Shown: piece after piece, positions 26,140 through 39,517 of the stretch
Position numbering within the stretch: the first letter of the stretch is position 1
How the letters are laid out: each line of letters begins with the position of its first letter
Assembly: GCF_006345805.1 (NCBI RefSeq)
Contig: NC_043001.1
Location: 120,404,001-120,468,000 of the forward strand
DNA from: Octopus sinensis
Lineage: Eukaryota
Length of the DNA stretch: 64,000 nucleotides
Direction: 5' to 3'
Position numbers and translations under genes: made by a program
Notes under the pieces: model-generated
What the model was told of the DNA's origin: nothing
Database searches by the model: none
The model's input: the letters and a program-made list of their open reading frames with translations, nothing else

Positions 26140-26745
26140 TTCTTTTCTACTCGAGGCACAAGGTCAACGATTTGGGGGGAGGGAGGCAGTCGATCAGATC
26201 GTCCCCGGTACGCAATAATTGATCGACCCCCGAAAAGATAAAAGGTAAAGTCGACCTCGACGGAATTTTAACTCAGAACGTAGCGGCAGACGAAATATCT
26301 ATTTCTTTACTACCCACAAGGAGCTAAACACAGAGGGGACAAAAAAAGGACATACAAACGGATTAAGTCGATTACATCGACCCCAGTGCGTAACTGGTAC
26401 TCATTTAATCGACCCCAAAAGGATGAAAGGTAAAGTCGACCACGGCGGAATTTGAACTCAGAACGTAGCGGCAGACAAAATACCGCTAAGCACTTCGCCC
26501 AGCGTTCTAACGTTTCTCATTTCTTTATTGCCCACAAGGGACTAAACATAGAAGGGACAAACGAGGACAGACAAACGGATTAAGTCGATTAGATCGACCC
26601 CAGTGTGTAACTGGTACTTAATTTATCGACCCCGAAAGGATGAAAGGCAAAGTCGACCTCGGCGGAATTTGAACTCAGAACGTAACGGCAGACGAAATAC
26701 CGCTAATCATTTCGCCCAGCGTGCTAACTTTTCTGCCAGTTCACA
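26140..26745 (-). mobile_element. SINE family A tandem trimer
   Basis: Three successive AAAGTCGACC.CG.CGGAATTT.AACTCAGAACGTA units (~26247, ~26432, ~26649). Confidence 0.88.
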
Positions 26746-28069
26746 CAGACACTGGTACATACAGAGATCGTTGTCGGTTATTGCTCGTTTCCAAGTATTT
26801 TATAGTTTGTAGTACTTCATTTATGTCGGATCCTCCGATGGCTAGAAAGTTCCATTTTTGCGTGAAATAATTGTCTACATTTGTCACATTTGATGGTCGA
26901 TGGAGGCCATTGTTGGAGTTGGGAGGTTTTCGTTGAAGGACGCTACAGCTAAATGCATTATCAGGTACTGAATATCACAGAGTCATCATCCGCAATGAGA
27001 TTAGCCATTGCAAATGCCTTCGCCCTACGAAAATTATGACCTCTGTCAAGTTTGGTGAGAAGACCATTTCCCCGAGCCTACTTGTAACAGCTAAAGCCTG
27101 GGAGCTGATCTTAGAAGTATCTAAGTAGGTAATTCCGTGGGAACAAGAGAATGAGAAAGATGTCTGGCGAGCTGATGTAGAATCGAAGCAAACAGGATAT
27201 GATCCAAACGGGGTGGCGTGCGCAGATCAGTCCCTCTACAGATCAACGTACTAGCTTCGCTGGGGCCAGTATGTGGGAGGCCATCAAGTTGGCTGTAGAT
27301 GCACCAGAAGACACCGCAAGGTGGTAGCGTATATATATACATATATTCTTTTATGTGGTTTCAGTCGTAGTATTGCGTCCATGCTTGAGCACTGCCTTAA
27401 TTTATTTTCTCAGTCTTTTTGTTGTTTTATGAATGGAAGTTGTTCTATGATTGAGTATGTAGCAGCTGATCTTGCTTGAGTGCATCCCTGAATGGTTGGC
27501 TGATTCCGTATCATCGTTGGGAGTTTATCCAGACTGTTTCAATAGAGGTCCCTTTTATATTTAGGATTTCTTTAGGTAGGCAGTTGAACAATTGAGGACC
27601 TCTAAATATCAGACTGGTACAGTAATATTTTCCCTCTTGATTCCAAAAGTGGTATATGTGGAAGCTAACAGTATTTTTCATACATATATGATAATATATC
27701 TATGTCTGCGACGTTCAGGAGAGCAGAGGCGCAGAGCTTCCAGACGTTCCTGGTAGTTAAGGCTTTTAAATGAAGTTATTTTACTGGAGAATACTCTTTG
27801 TAACCCTTCGATCTCTTCCAAAACGCTGAATGAGTTTGGAGATCAATACTGTGAGTAGTAATCTAATCTGTTCAGAAGTGAGAAGTCAGCATAACTAGCT
27901 GTTCTCTTGTCACGAAGATTCGTACGATCCCTCTTACGATATGTCAGCTTTTTGAGGTGACTTTGATGATTTTGCTGATGAAGGATGCATCATTTAACAC
28001 GATTACTTCTAAGTCTCGTGATTCATTAGCGCTCTCAATCACTGTGTCAAATAATGTTATTTGTGTGTA

Positions 28070-28527
28070 CAGTAATCCCTCGACTATCGCGGCTGTTACG
28101 TTTCGGAACATCTCCTCCTCCGCAATAGATTAAAATCCGCGAAGTAGAAAGAGTACTGTACCGTATATGTTTTATTATATTTTTATAATTTGTATTATAT
28201 TCATTTTTTATAAATGCAAAACAGGACAGAGGAATCGCCGTAAGCTTAAATAATATTTTCTACTTTCGGCAAAATGCCCGAAATTTCGGGGGAGTGAGGG
28301 CAGTTATTTAGATCGACCTCAGTACGCAACTGGAACTTAATTTATCGACCCCGAAAGAATGAAAGGCAAAGTCGACCTCGGCGGAATTTGAACTCAGAAC
28401 GTAAACACAGAGGAAATACTGCTAAGCATTTCACCCGGTGTGCTAACGTTTCTGCTAGCTCGCCGCCTTGACGTAAGCTTAAATATAAACCGCGATAGGT
28501 GAACCGCGATATGGGAAGGGATTACTG
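28070..28527. mobile_element. Non-autonomous pogo/Tigger-type MITE
   Basis: TIRs CAGTAATCCCTCGACTATCGCGG / CCGCGATATGGGAAGGGATTACTG; TA target duplication at 28068-69 and 28528-29. Confidence 0.85.
28253..28471 (-). mobile_element. SINE family A inside the MITE, 14-bp TSD
   Basis: TSD CGTAAGCTTAAATA at 28239-28252 and 28472-28485. Confidence 0.92.
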
Positions 28528-29034
28528 TATTCCTTCTGTAATGTAGAACCTGAAATTTTGATGTATTAGATTTCGTATTGCTTTTGTTTACCCATTGATA
28601 AATGAGGTTTAGTTGATTTTAGAGTATGATGGCATCCCCAGGAGTTTGATCAGCCATCGACATTTTTGTATCATCGGCGTAGCCTGTCAGGTCAACCGTC
28701 TGCACTTGTGAGTTTATACCTGATATGCTTACAATAAATGAAAATGATCCAGAAATAGAACACTATTACAGGTGACTTTGCAGAAAGAAAACCGTTTATA
28801 GCAACAGATTGATCCCTATCCCTTAAGATATTAGACAGCCATTCTCTGAGTTTTTCTCTGATACCAAGATTGGTTAGCCTATGGCAGATGATTCTATGAA
28901 CAATTTTATGAAACGCTTTAGCAAAATCGAGGTATTTGCAGTCAGTGTTCATTCCTTTTATGCTTGTGTATTTATGTGTGTACATGCAGGAGTGCGCGTC
29001 TGTATGTATATACATAAATATATCTTTCTCCCCC

Positions 29035-29089
<55 letters not shown>

Positions 29090-29796
29090 TTGTGTATACA
29101 CACACACACACATGCACACACAGCACACATACACACACACGCACATACCGACGGGGACACACACACACACACACGAACATATGAAGAAAATTTCTCAAAT
29201 ACATAGTCTTATAACTTGAGCTCGTGTGGAAATTTCCAGATAGTTTTACTTTTCGGAAAGTAACTCAAACTAATATAACAGAAACCATTTGTCTGTAGGC
29301 TAGTATCATTTCATTGTGTGTGTGTGTGTGTGTGTGTGCAGCATGATATCTTTTAATGATATGTAACGACGTCAAGATACTTGATAATGACAGTTTGTTC
29401 AGAACGTAACGCTTGTTGCTATAAAGAGAATTCCATATCTATGACATGTCCACTGCAATGATTAGTTATACGAATAGAAAACCGTGGTCTATGGATAGTG
29501 TTGCTTTGCCTGACAGAATGAATTCTATGTTAAAGTGACATGGGACCAATTAAATCTTCATGGTTCAATTAGGTGTTGAGAATACATATTGAAATAAATT
29601 CTCTGTCACTCACTCGCTCTCTCTCTCACTCTTTCTCCGTAAGTTCCCTTCCTTTTTCTCTCTCGTGCTATGTAGCTGGTGGGCAGCACATACCTGCGTA
29701 TTCCAAGGAATACCTATACTATTTAACGAAGGTTTTCTTCTGTAAACCTCCTCCGTCAGATGCTGGATTGGCAAAATCGGAGAAAATGCATTGTTT

Positions 29797-30163
29797 TGTG
29801 TGGTAAGTAGCTTGCTTACAAACCACATGGTTCCAGGTTCAGTTCCACTGCGTGGCATCTTGGGAAACTTTTATTATAGCCTCAGGCCGACGAAAGCCTT
29901 GTGAGTGGATTTGATAGACGGAAACTGAAAGAAGCTCGTCGTATATGTGTGTGTGTGTGTATGTTTCTCGCCCCAGCATCGCTTGATAACCGATGCTGGT
30001 GTGTTTACATCCCCGTAACTTAGCGGTTCGGCAAAAGAGACCGATAGAATAAGTACTAGGCTTACAAAAAATAAGTTCTGGGGTCGATTTGCTCGACTAA
30101 AGTCGGTGCTCCAGCATGGGCGCAGTCAAATGACTGAAACAAGTAAAGAAAAAGAAAAGAGAG
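29797..30163 (+). mobile_element. SINE family B
   Basis: TGTGTGGTAAGTAGCTTGCTTAC...GGTTCAGTTCCACTGCGTGGCA...GACTGAAACAAGTAAAG. Confidence 0.88.
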
Positions 30164-30279
30164 AAGGATGAATTTACGTTTCATCCTTCCTGGGTTGTGG
30201 ACCGGAATCGATAAATAACTGCATGAGGATTCCTAGATATGAATGGAATTAGAAGACGAAGATTGCGATAAGTGTGTAG

Positions 30280-30352
<73 letters not shown>

Positions 30353-30880
30353 CGTGTGTGCGTGTGTGTGTTTATGTGTACTTGTGTGTGTGTGTGTTTA
30401 AGAATAGCAACGGAACATTTACTTGCATTTGGTTCTTCATGGCAGTTTTTATTGATGTACAAACATCTTCATACGCAGCTGACATTTGTAGTTGTTACAC
30501 AAATCATGCAATACTTTATATATAAAATTATTAAAACTGTTGCTAAAGATGATTTGCTCTAGTTCCGCTAGAATCGTACAGACTTATGATCACGGACCAT
30601 CCAACCATGACCAAATCAGTTTTTGTATATGCAGGAATTAGTAATGCATTATCCAGTGTATGGATCCCTTTTTAAGGGTAAATGAGTGTAATCGATAGAA
30701 TTTTACAGTCATCTATAATGAGTAGTAGGACCGTACCGAGGTTACTTTGTTGGCAAATATGAAAAGGGTGAGTATTTATACATCTAGTTGTCGTTTTTCT
30801 GCCATACTGAAAACTTATCCTGTGCATATATCACTAAAAATTGTAGATACACCCACCTCAAGGATGGTTAATAAGTATAT

Positions 30881-30942
<62 letters not shown>

Positions 30943-32901
30943 GGAGAGGGGGAATGATTTGAGAACGTACTATTCCTATAAGTGTGAAAATGCGTGCCAC
31001 ATTGGCAGTGAGTTCAGTTCCTGGACAAGGAAACGCGTGGCGTCCTTCAGCAAGGCTCTTCATTTCTCGCAGCTCCAGTCTACTTAGAGATAATGAATAT
31101 CAGCTGAGTGCTGGTGCAGCCATCTCCTACTCGAGTAGTCAAATGCTAGATTGTTCGCTGGGTCAAAGGTGAGGAGTTGAGAGAGTTTCTTTGTCGCTGC
31201 TGGCTACATAGGCACCTAAAACATTTAGCGAAAATATAGTACATACTACTAAACCATATTCGCTTGCGAACGACAACTGGCTGTACTTTATGGCCAGTTC
31301 CATAAAGATAAATAACAAAATACCTATTATCCTGTAATGCGATAATGCCAATATAATATCTTGAATATGTTAGAATTTATGTAATCGAAAGCGTTTACTT
31401 CCATCACACACCTACGTCTGTCATAACTATTTGCAACTTCCTCTATAGAGTGAAAACAGAAAATATCTGGGTATAACTCATATCAATGCGAAAAACCTAG
31501 CTTACAATGCAAAGGCGTAATAGATCCGGTAAAGGTGAGTTATGCAAACAAATAATATCCAATTGCTGCAATGCAGTCCGCAATAACTTTTACAAGATAT
31601 TCATACATCAACGCATAATAGCTGTTGGACCCCATACGGCCATGTATATCAACACCTGCAACATTGCCTTTCATAACTTTGCTTTCTGTACATGTATGGA
31701 GATTGTGTGTGAGTGTGTTCAAGCATGGGAGCGTCTTTGTAAAAGTACAATAACTCCTTACCCACTGCTGTTTCGTTTATCCATTCACAGCTAACAACAT
31801 ATTTCTCGTGGGTTTTCTCAATCCATGCGATTGCAATCAAATGATTGACTGCGTAAATTACAACACAGCGCAGATACTAACAAATAAATAATAGCATGTT
31901 CCATAATTATCTCCAAGTTATGTAGTTTCTGACTACTGTTAATTTGTTTCAAATTTAATTAGACGATTTCTTTTATTTATACTTGCTTCATATGAATGTA
32001 TGGTCGTATATATGTATGCATGTTCATATGTATGTAAGTATGTATGTGTCTATGTATATAACATTTCCTTCCATAATCATCGCGAATCAACGAAATAAAA
32101 CTACACAAAGAGAAACGAAACGAAAGAAGAAGAATCTACGAGGCAGAACAATACGCATTCGATATTTGTTCCAACGAAATTATTTTGAGTAATCAACTGG
32201 AACATTGTATTATAGTGGCAAAGAACAAAAGAACAATTAGTTATCGAACGTTTAGTGAGAGAATTTCTTTCTGCTGCCCTTGTGTATTTGTGCTTCAGTG
32301 TATTTCTAACCGGTTATTATTTCATTCGGTCTAATTATGAATTCAATATTATCGATGTTTACCGAAAGCCGACATCTCCATTCTTTAAGGGGCTGCGGGG
32401 ATTTTATTATGTTTTTGGACTTATGGTTTTTTCAAAATAAATTCAATTATACTTTGCTGGTTTTTCTCTATTTTATTTTATTTTGTTGTTCTTTAAAAAA
32501 AGGAATCTTACCAGGTGAGAAACTAATTTTCTGTAAATACGTGAGGAACTGAATAATATTGAAGGAAGCACTCTAAAGCGAGTAGTAAGCTCCCAAAGAA
32601 TACAAAGACACACGAAGTGGTTTCGATTCCTAACGGAAACAATTTCATTTATGCTGGTGAAAGTTTAAAGTAAAAGGCATAAGCATCATAACTTTCCATT
32701 CCACCTTAAGGTTCTGCCTTCTGATTATACTGGAAACGAAACCAAGGTATATATATATATAAGGCAAATAAAATGAAGAGGATATACAAACGACAAACAT
32801 CAGCCAATGAACATTCAGTTATATCTATTTGTTAAACGATTGCAAACTTATGTGTGAGTGATACAAATTAACGAATAAAATAAGTCAATGACTGCATAAA
32901 C

Positions 32902-32974
<73 letters not shown>

Positions 32975-33358
32975 TCTCTTTTATTTCTCTTTTACTTGTT
33001 TCAGTCACTTGACTGCGGCCATGCTGGAGCACTGCCTTTAGTCGAGCAAATCGACCCCGTGACTTATTCTTTGTAAACCTAGTACTTATTCTATCGGTCT
33101 GTTTTTCAGAACCGCTAAGTGACGGGGACAAAAACTCATCAGCATCGGTTGCCAAGCAATGCTAGGGGGACAAACACAGACACACAAACACATACACACA
33201 CATACATATATACATATATACGACAGGCTTCTTTCAGTTTCCGTCTACCAAATCCACTCACAAGGCATTGGTCGGCCCGAGGCTATAGCAGAAGACACTT
33301 GCCCAAGATGCCACGCAGTGGGACTGAACTCGGAACCATGTGGTTGGTAAGCAAGCTA

Positions 33359-34648
33359 CGAGGGACGTTCAATAAGTAATGCCTCTGACCCACTTGCAGT
33401 TGTTTGATCTAGCTGAAATTTTGCATGTGCAATTATTTATATCTCTATAGATTAAGTGGCAAATTACAGCTCTGAACTAATTGTAGTTCTGATTTACAAG
33501 TGTTTGAACTAAGTCAAGTGTGAAATGGAGCCTGTTGAGTGTCGAGCAGTGATCTGGTTTTTGTATTTGAAAGGGCGCACACCATGGGGGACTTTTGATG
33601 AAATGAAAGTAACTTATGGTGATGATGCCCCATCATATGACCTTGTAAAACGCTGGCATCGTGAATTCAAACATGGTCGGAACTCTGTGGAAACAACTCC
33701 CAGATCTGGTCCCCCCTTCTGCCATTGATGAGGCATCTGTCCGTCAAGTTGAGGCTGCCATTTTGGAAGATCAACGCATAACTATTCGCCAAATAGCCCA
33801 TGAGGTCAAGATTAGTACCGGGTCTGTGGAAACTATCATTCATGACCATTTGCATATGCAAAAGGTGTCTGCCAGATGGATTCCCCCGTTGTTCACACCT
33901 TTCCAGAAGCAAGAACGCGTCGAGTGCTGGAGGATGAATTTGGAGATGTGCCAAGAAGATGAGTCAAAATTTTTCAGAAGACTGATTACACAGGATAAAA
34001 CCTGGGTCCATCACTATGATCCAGAGACCAAACCCCAGTCAATTCAGTGGAAGCACCGTGACTCACCTCCTCCAAAGAAGGCAAGGGTGCAGCCCTCCGC
34101 TGGCAAGGTCATGCTCACAGTCTTCTGGGACCAGGACGGAGTAGTGATGACAGATTTCCTGGCAAAGGGTACCACGATTACAGGAGCCTATTATGCTTCA
34201 CTTTTGAAGAAATTAAGAGAAGCTATCAAAATCAAGAGGCGGGGCAAGATCAGCAAAGGCATCCTCCTCCTGCAGGACAACGCTCCGGTCCACAACTCGC
34301 GTTTCGCCAGATCAGAAACACAGGCGTGCCGCTATGAACTCCTCTCCCATATGAACTACTCTCCTGACCTTGCACCTTCTGCTTTTCACCTCTTCCCAGC
34401 CATGAAGTTGTTTTTGAAAGGAAAGCGTTTCCCATATGATGCAGCCTTGATTTCTGAAGTCACGTCGTGGTTGAAGGACCAAACTGGGGTCTTCTACAAA
34501 AACGGTCTCCAGAGCTGCATCAAACGATGGGAGAAATGCGTAACTCTGGGTGGTTCATGTGTATAAAAAGACTAATAACTGTGCCAAGTTTCGTTGCTCT
34601 ACTGCTATGGGAAGTGGCTCAGGGGCATTACTTATTGAACGCCCCTCG
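33359..34648 (+). mobile_element. Full-length mariner element (1,290 bp, irritans-like)
   Basis: 37-bp TIRs CGAGGGRCGTTCAATAAGTAATGCCYCTGASCCACTT (3 mismatches); TA TSD at 33357-58 and 34649-50. Confidence 0.97.
33525..34575 (+). pseudogene. Mariner DD34D transposase, inactivated
   Basis: MEPVECRAVI..PRSG then a 1-nt frameshift at ~33711; WIP, TQDKTW, QDNAP; YSPDLAPSAF (third catalytic D to A); premature TAA three codons before the likely original stop. Confidence 0.95.
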
Positions 34649-34676
34649 TACTTACCACACAGCCACTCCTGCGCCT

Positions 34677-34725
<49 letters not shown>

Positions 34726-34734
34726 ATATATATA

Positions 34735-35325
34735 TAAACTTAGATAAACTTAGATGTTTCGACCAAAGATTGGTCCAGGCCATGTCTAACTTAATAGCAC
34801 CACCTGATAGGATTATCTAAATCTTGTTTAAGTCAAGTTTTGTTTATGGTCCATTCAAGTAGTGAGCTTTTGTTGGGTGAGTTGTATCCAATTATGGGTG
34901 GCTTATCTGGTATTCCTTGAAGGAATCTATCCAGACTCCGTTTAAAGCTGATGGGATCCTTTTCCTCTTTGATCTCTTTCGGGACAATGTTAAATAGGGC
35001 AGGGCCTGTTGAGGAAAAGAAATTATGTTGCAGTGTACATGTATGCTGTGATCTTGAATTGGGCAGGGGACGTATGGCCCGTGGTCCCAGTCTAGGATGA
35101 ACCTTGAAGCTAACGTTCACGGCGACGCTGGAGAGAGTAGAGTTTCAAGGCTTTAAGGCGGTCCCAATAATCGAGAGCAGCCATGCCTTCAATTCGTTTA
35201 GTGAGTGCCCTCTGGGGTGATTCAATCCTCGAGATGTTTTGTCTTGTATGGGGAGACCACAGTGGGCAGCAGTATTCGAGGTGTGGCCGTACAAAGGAGG
35301 AGAAAAGTGGTATGATGACACCTTG
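34735..35325 (-). mobile_element. CR1-like LINE 3' end with 3' UTR and repeated tail
   Basis: VRPHLEYCCPLWSP...LYSLQRRRER and GPALFN...FKRSLDRFLQGIPDKP; tail (TCTAAGTTTA)2. Confidence 0.9.
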
Positions 35326-36193
35326 TATATATATATATATATATATACACAGAAACAAATGAATAATAATATATGAGTGTACAGATACTAATCCCTTACC
35401 GCCGTTTCTACCATGTGGCTACAAAAGCTTATTACTATATATATATACACATACATACATACATACATATATATATATGTATATATACCAATATATGTGT
35501 GCGCATGCGCGTAATAAATGTGGATTGATATATTTCATGTTTTACATACTCGTTTGTTCGTTTGCTCTGATGATTTCATGACCTTTGCTGCTGCTACTGC
35601 TGCTGTTGCTGATGATGATGTCATTATAGTTAAGTTTGTTCAGACTAGCTCCGTCCATCACTGCCCTTTCAATTTTATATCTATGACAGCAATATCTGAG
35701 TTGTTTTTTTATGCTTAAGGTATGACCAAGTGGGTAGGGCGTTCGGCTCACGAGCACGACGTGGTGCGTTCGTTTCCTTGGCAGGATGATGCATAGCATC
35801 CCCCAGCAAGATGCTTTATTTCACGTTGCTCCATTCTACTCGCTTTTACTAAGCATCTGTCAGTGTATTTATACAGCCGTCTTTCCCTACAGCTGTCACA
35901 CACTGGGTCAACAATGAAGGAAGTGAGTTATGCTTGCGTCTACTCGCGACTACAGAGTCAACTAAAACAATTAGCAGAACCATTTCCACATGTCACCAAG
36001 CTATATTCGGTGGCGGGTAACAGGGTTAGGTCCACAATATGACTGGAGATAAGGGCGATTTGAAATATACTTGGCTGCTTATTGCTAGCAGACCGAGTGA
36101 CAATGCAGAAAGTTCACTGGGGATTCTTTTCCTTTTGATAATAGGTGGTGGGGTTGGTTTATATTTATCTAACTACAAATATAATATCGGCTA

Positions 36194-36424
36194 AAGGCGG
36201 CGAGCTGGCAGAATCGTTAGCACGCCGGGCGAAATGCTTAGCAGTCTTTCGTCTGCCGCTACGTTCTGAGTTCAAATTCTGCCGAGGTCGACTTTGCTTT
36301 CATCCTTTCAGAGTCGATTAAATAAGTACCAGTTACGCACTAGGGTCGATATAATCGACTTAATGCGTTGTCTGTCCTTGTTTGTCCTCTTTGTGTTTAG
36401 CCCCTTGTGGGTAGTAAAGAAATA
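36194..36424 (+). mobile_element. SINE family A, full length, 16-bp TSD
   Basis: TSD AAATATAATATCRGCT at 36177-36192 and 36425-36440. Confidence 0.93.
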
Positions 36425-36910
36425 AAATATAATATCAGCTGCCTCTTCTTTTCTACGCTTACAAGTAAGATAACTTGCTCGTACATCTTTACTTTATAAC
36501 TTTCCTAGATGTTGCTGGTGCAACAACTCCAACATCACCAATACTGCATTAACGCCACTAGCATCATCACTATCATTATAACGGTTTCCACCAGGAAGCG
36601 CCACCATCATCACCATCACCACTTCCACTTCTGTTGCTATCTCCTTCACACAAACACGTATAGTGAACACTACAAACACATTCATTGCCACAAACATCTC
36701 AAGAATGAAAGGTTTTGACATTTCATTGCTCTATGACGCGACTATGCTAGATAATCACGCATAAATGACACAGTATGTTGTCAACACACACACATACACA
36801 CACACGTGTGTATGAGTGTATGTATGTATGCGCATATGTATGTGTGTAAGTTTATATCTATATAATATGTCTCTCTCTCTCTCTCTCTCTCTCTTTATCT
36901 ATCTCTCAAT

Positions 36911-36965
<55 letters not shown>

Positions 36966-37056
36966 TGTGTAAGTTTATATCTATATAATATGTCTCTCCT
37001 CTCTCTCTCTCTCTCTCTTTATCTATCTCTCATAACATACATATATAATATATATA

Positions 37057-37094
<38 letters not shown>

Positions 37095-37125
37095 TATATT
37101 TATATAGACATATATATATACATAT

Positions 37126-37201
<76 letters not shown>

Positions 37202-37203
<2 letters not shown>

Positions 37204-37608
37204 AAACATTATTGGTGAATTGAAGAAATGGAGCTGAACGCAGATTGAACAGAAATCGTTTTATTTCATTCTACACGTGTTTCGAAAGGCACAAATTACC
37301 AAAATCCGATTGAATAATGGGACCATATTGTGTCTTTCTCTTCAGGAAGAAAATAGGAAATTCGTTGGAAAAACAAAAACAGAACAGAGGCGGAGCAAAA
37401 ACAAATCGAACTATGCTCCTAAGAGCCCATTTCTTCAATTCACCAATAATGTTTTAATTTCAATTATCCGCACCAACGCACGGTTGCAACACCATATGGT
37501 TGTACCTCCAACCGTGCTGTTTACTGCTGTGATTTTTGCTACTAAGGTATCGGTTAAACTTTTGATTAATCTACTACAAGATTATTCATCTTTCTATTTC
37601 ACATAAAT
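37202..37608. mobile_element. Hammerhead-containing element with an internal inversion, embedded in (TA)n
   Basis: 30-bp perfect inverted repeat 37202-37231 / 37427-37456; HHR on the minus strand. Confidence 0.7.
37263..37354 (-). ncRNA. Type I hammerhead ribozyme, canonical core
   Basis: Stem I ATTTTCTTC/GAATGAAAT (one mismatch), CTGAAGA, stem II GAAAG.CACAA/TTGTG.CTTTC, GAAA, helix III ACACGTGT, GUA site. Confidence 0.85.
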
Positions 37609-37679
37609 TATATATATATATATATATAGCGAGAGATATATACAATCAAAGGTTATAATATGATATAATATGATATATG

Positions 37680-37736
<57 letters not shown>

Positions 37737-37919
37737 TGTGTCTGCGTGTGTATGTATAAGTGATATACATATTATATACCACACACCCAAACACACATAC
37801 ACACCCAAACACACATACACGCAAATATACACACACACACTAGCACATGCAAATACATTAGCAGATACACATAACCACGCACAAATATGAAGGGAAGTAT
37901 TTAATACGTAACTGAGGAT

Positions 37920-38160
37920 TAAGACGGAGAACTGACAAAAGCGTCAGCGCGCTGCGCAAAATGCTTAGCGACATATCGTCCGTCGTTACATTCTGAGTTC
38001 AAATTCCACCGAGGTTGATTTTGCCTTTCATCCTTTCGGGGTCGATAAAATAAGTACCAGTTGTGTACAAGGGTCGATGTAATCGATTTACCAACACCCT
38101 GCCCCGCCTCATACACATGCACACCAAACTACTGACCCTGTGCCAAAATTTAAATCCAAG
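37920..38160 (+). mobile_element. SINE family A
   Basis: GAGTTCAAATTCCACCGAGGTTGATTTTGCCTTTCATCCTTTCGGGGTCGATAAAATAAGTACCAG. Confidence 0.85.
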
Positions 38161-38828
38161 ATATAATTGAGGATTAATAACTATAAAAGTAACCAAACAG
38201 AAAACTGAAAATTCTTACCATCGTCACGTGAAGTTCCGCGTAGCTACTTTTTAATACGACTAAAGAATTTAGCTCAGATTACGAATTATTATTTGCTTAA
38301 GATGTAGCTTGCAAATAATAAGGTTTTCTTATTTAAAAACTTTTAATGTAATTTAACGTTTAAGGTTAAATTTTACATTATGTGTTTAAATCTTAGTATT
38401 TTGAAGCCTGTTTTTGACCAGCACTTCGATAGTTATGATTCCTTTTGATTCCTTATATTTGATTCCTTATATTTCCTTTCTTACTGTACTACACAGCATC
38501 CCTTTCGGGAAGGTTTCCAGTATTTATTTCTTCTTTCATTTCAGCTTTTTCACGTTCAACTTAGTTTCAATCGTTTCTGGTGAAATGTACGCTGAGTAGT
38601 TTACACGTCAGTTTCCAAAGTGTAATGTGACTCATTTTGCTCTTGAGAGAGTGACAGAGAGAGAAAGAAATAATCTATACCAGTCCCTAACGAAAGACAA
38701 AATTCATCATGGCAGGATTTGAACATCGATTGCAGAAAACGGGAATGAATTGCATAAGGATTTATATATATATATATATATATATATGCGTATAATAAGG
38801 GATAACCACTAAGTGGTCGTCCAATATG

Positions 38829-39012
38829 CGGTATTTCGTCTGTCGTTACGTTGTGAGTTCAAATTCCGCCGAGGTTGACTTTGCCTTTCATCCTTTCGGG
38901 GTCAATAAATTAAGTACCAGTTCCGCACTGGGGGTCGATGTAATCGACTTAATCCCTATGTCTGTCCTTGTTTGTCCCCTCTATGTTTAGTCCCTTGTGG
39001 GTAATAAAGAAA
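38829..39012 (+). mobile_element. SINE family A, 5'-truncated
   Basis: Starts GGTATTTCGTCTGTCGTTACG, ends GTAATAAAGAAA. Confidence 0.85.
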
Positions 39013-39044
39013 ATATATATATATACACATATATATATATATAG

Positions 39045-39517
39045 AAGTACAATGAGCAGTAATCCGAGAGATGGCAATAGTGAACCGATTTACCTTTACC
39101 ATCTCTCGAGCTTGCTGATTCTTCTTGTCAGTGTTGGAGGTTGACGGGCGTCCTGCTCCCTATTCGTGCGTCACGCTTGTCCGGCCACTTTTAAACTCCT
39201 CGATCCACTCATACACACTTCTACGCAGTTCTGCACTGGCCACGTATTGTGCTAAAAGTCTCAGATGAATTTCAGCACCTGACACACCTTCTGACCAGAG
39301 AAATCGGATCACTGCTCTATTTTCTGCTTTGCTGCACATTGCTAGTGGAGCCGCCATATTTACACTGTAAAGCCAGAACGAAAAGTGGCGCGATCAGGGT
39401 CAAACTTCGATCACCTGATTACAATAGTAAACTATAAGCACGCAGGTGCAGAAAGTACTATGACAATAATAAAGATACGTTATGGCGATAGTGCGGATAA
39501 TTTTTTAACTCCCCTCG
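39045..39517 (-). mobile_element. Mariner 5' fragment (one TIR plus N-terminal HTH)
   Basis: TA|CGAGGGGAGTTAAAAAATTATCCGCAC terminus; ENRAVIRFLWSEGVSGAEIH...VYEWIEEFKSGRTSVTHE*GAGRP. Confidence 0.9.

Larger units (their letters stand above)
27480..28940 (-). mobile_element. CR1/L2-like LINE reverse-transcriptase relic, interrupted by a MITE
   Basis: YLDFAKAFHKIVH (RT), YADDTK (~28665-28682) and C-terminal LNYQERLEALRL...ERRRHRY. Confidence 0.85.
32976..34677 (-). mobile_element. SINE family B split by a mariner insertion
   Basis: SINE sequence ...GCAAGC-TA stops at 33358 and resumes TA-CTTACCACACAGCCACTCCTGCGCCT at 34649. Confidence 0.92.

Noticed and set aside
26830-27330. GC-richer segment with a faint Gypsy pol resemblance
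   Set aside because: No unambiguous motif readable
31074-31169. Apparent 96-nt exon with good splice sites
   Set aside because: Lies within a degenerate SINE family C copy; no independent support
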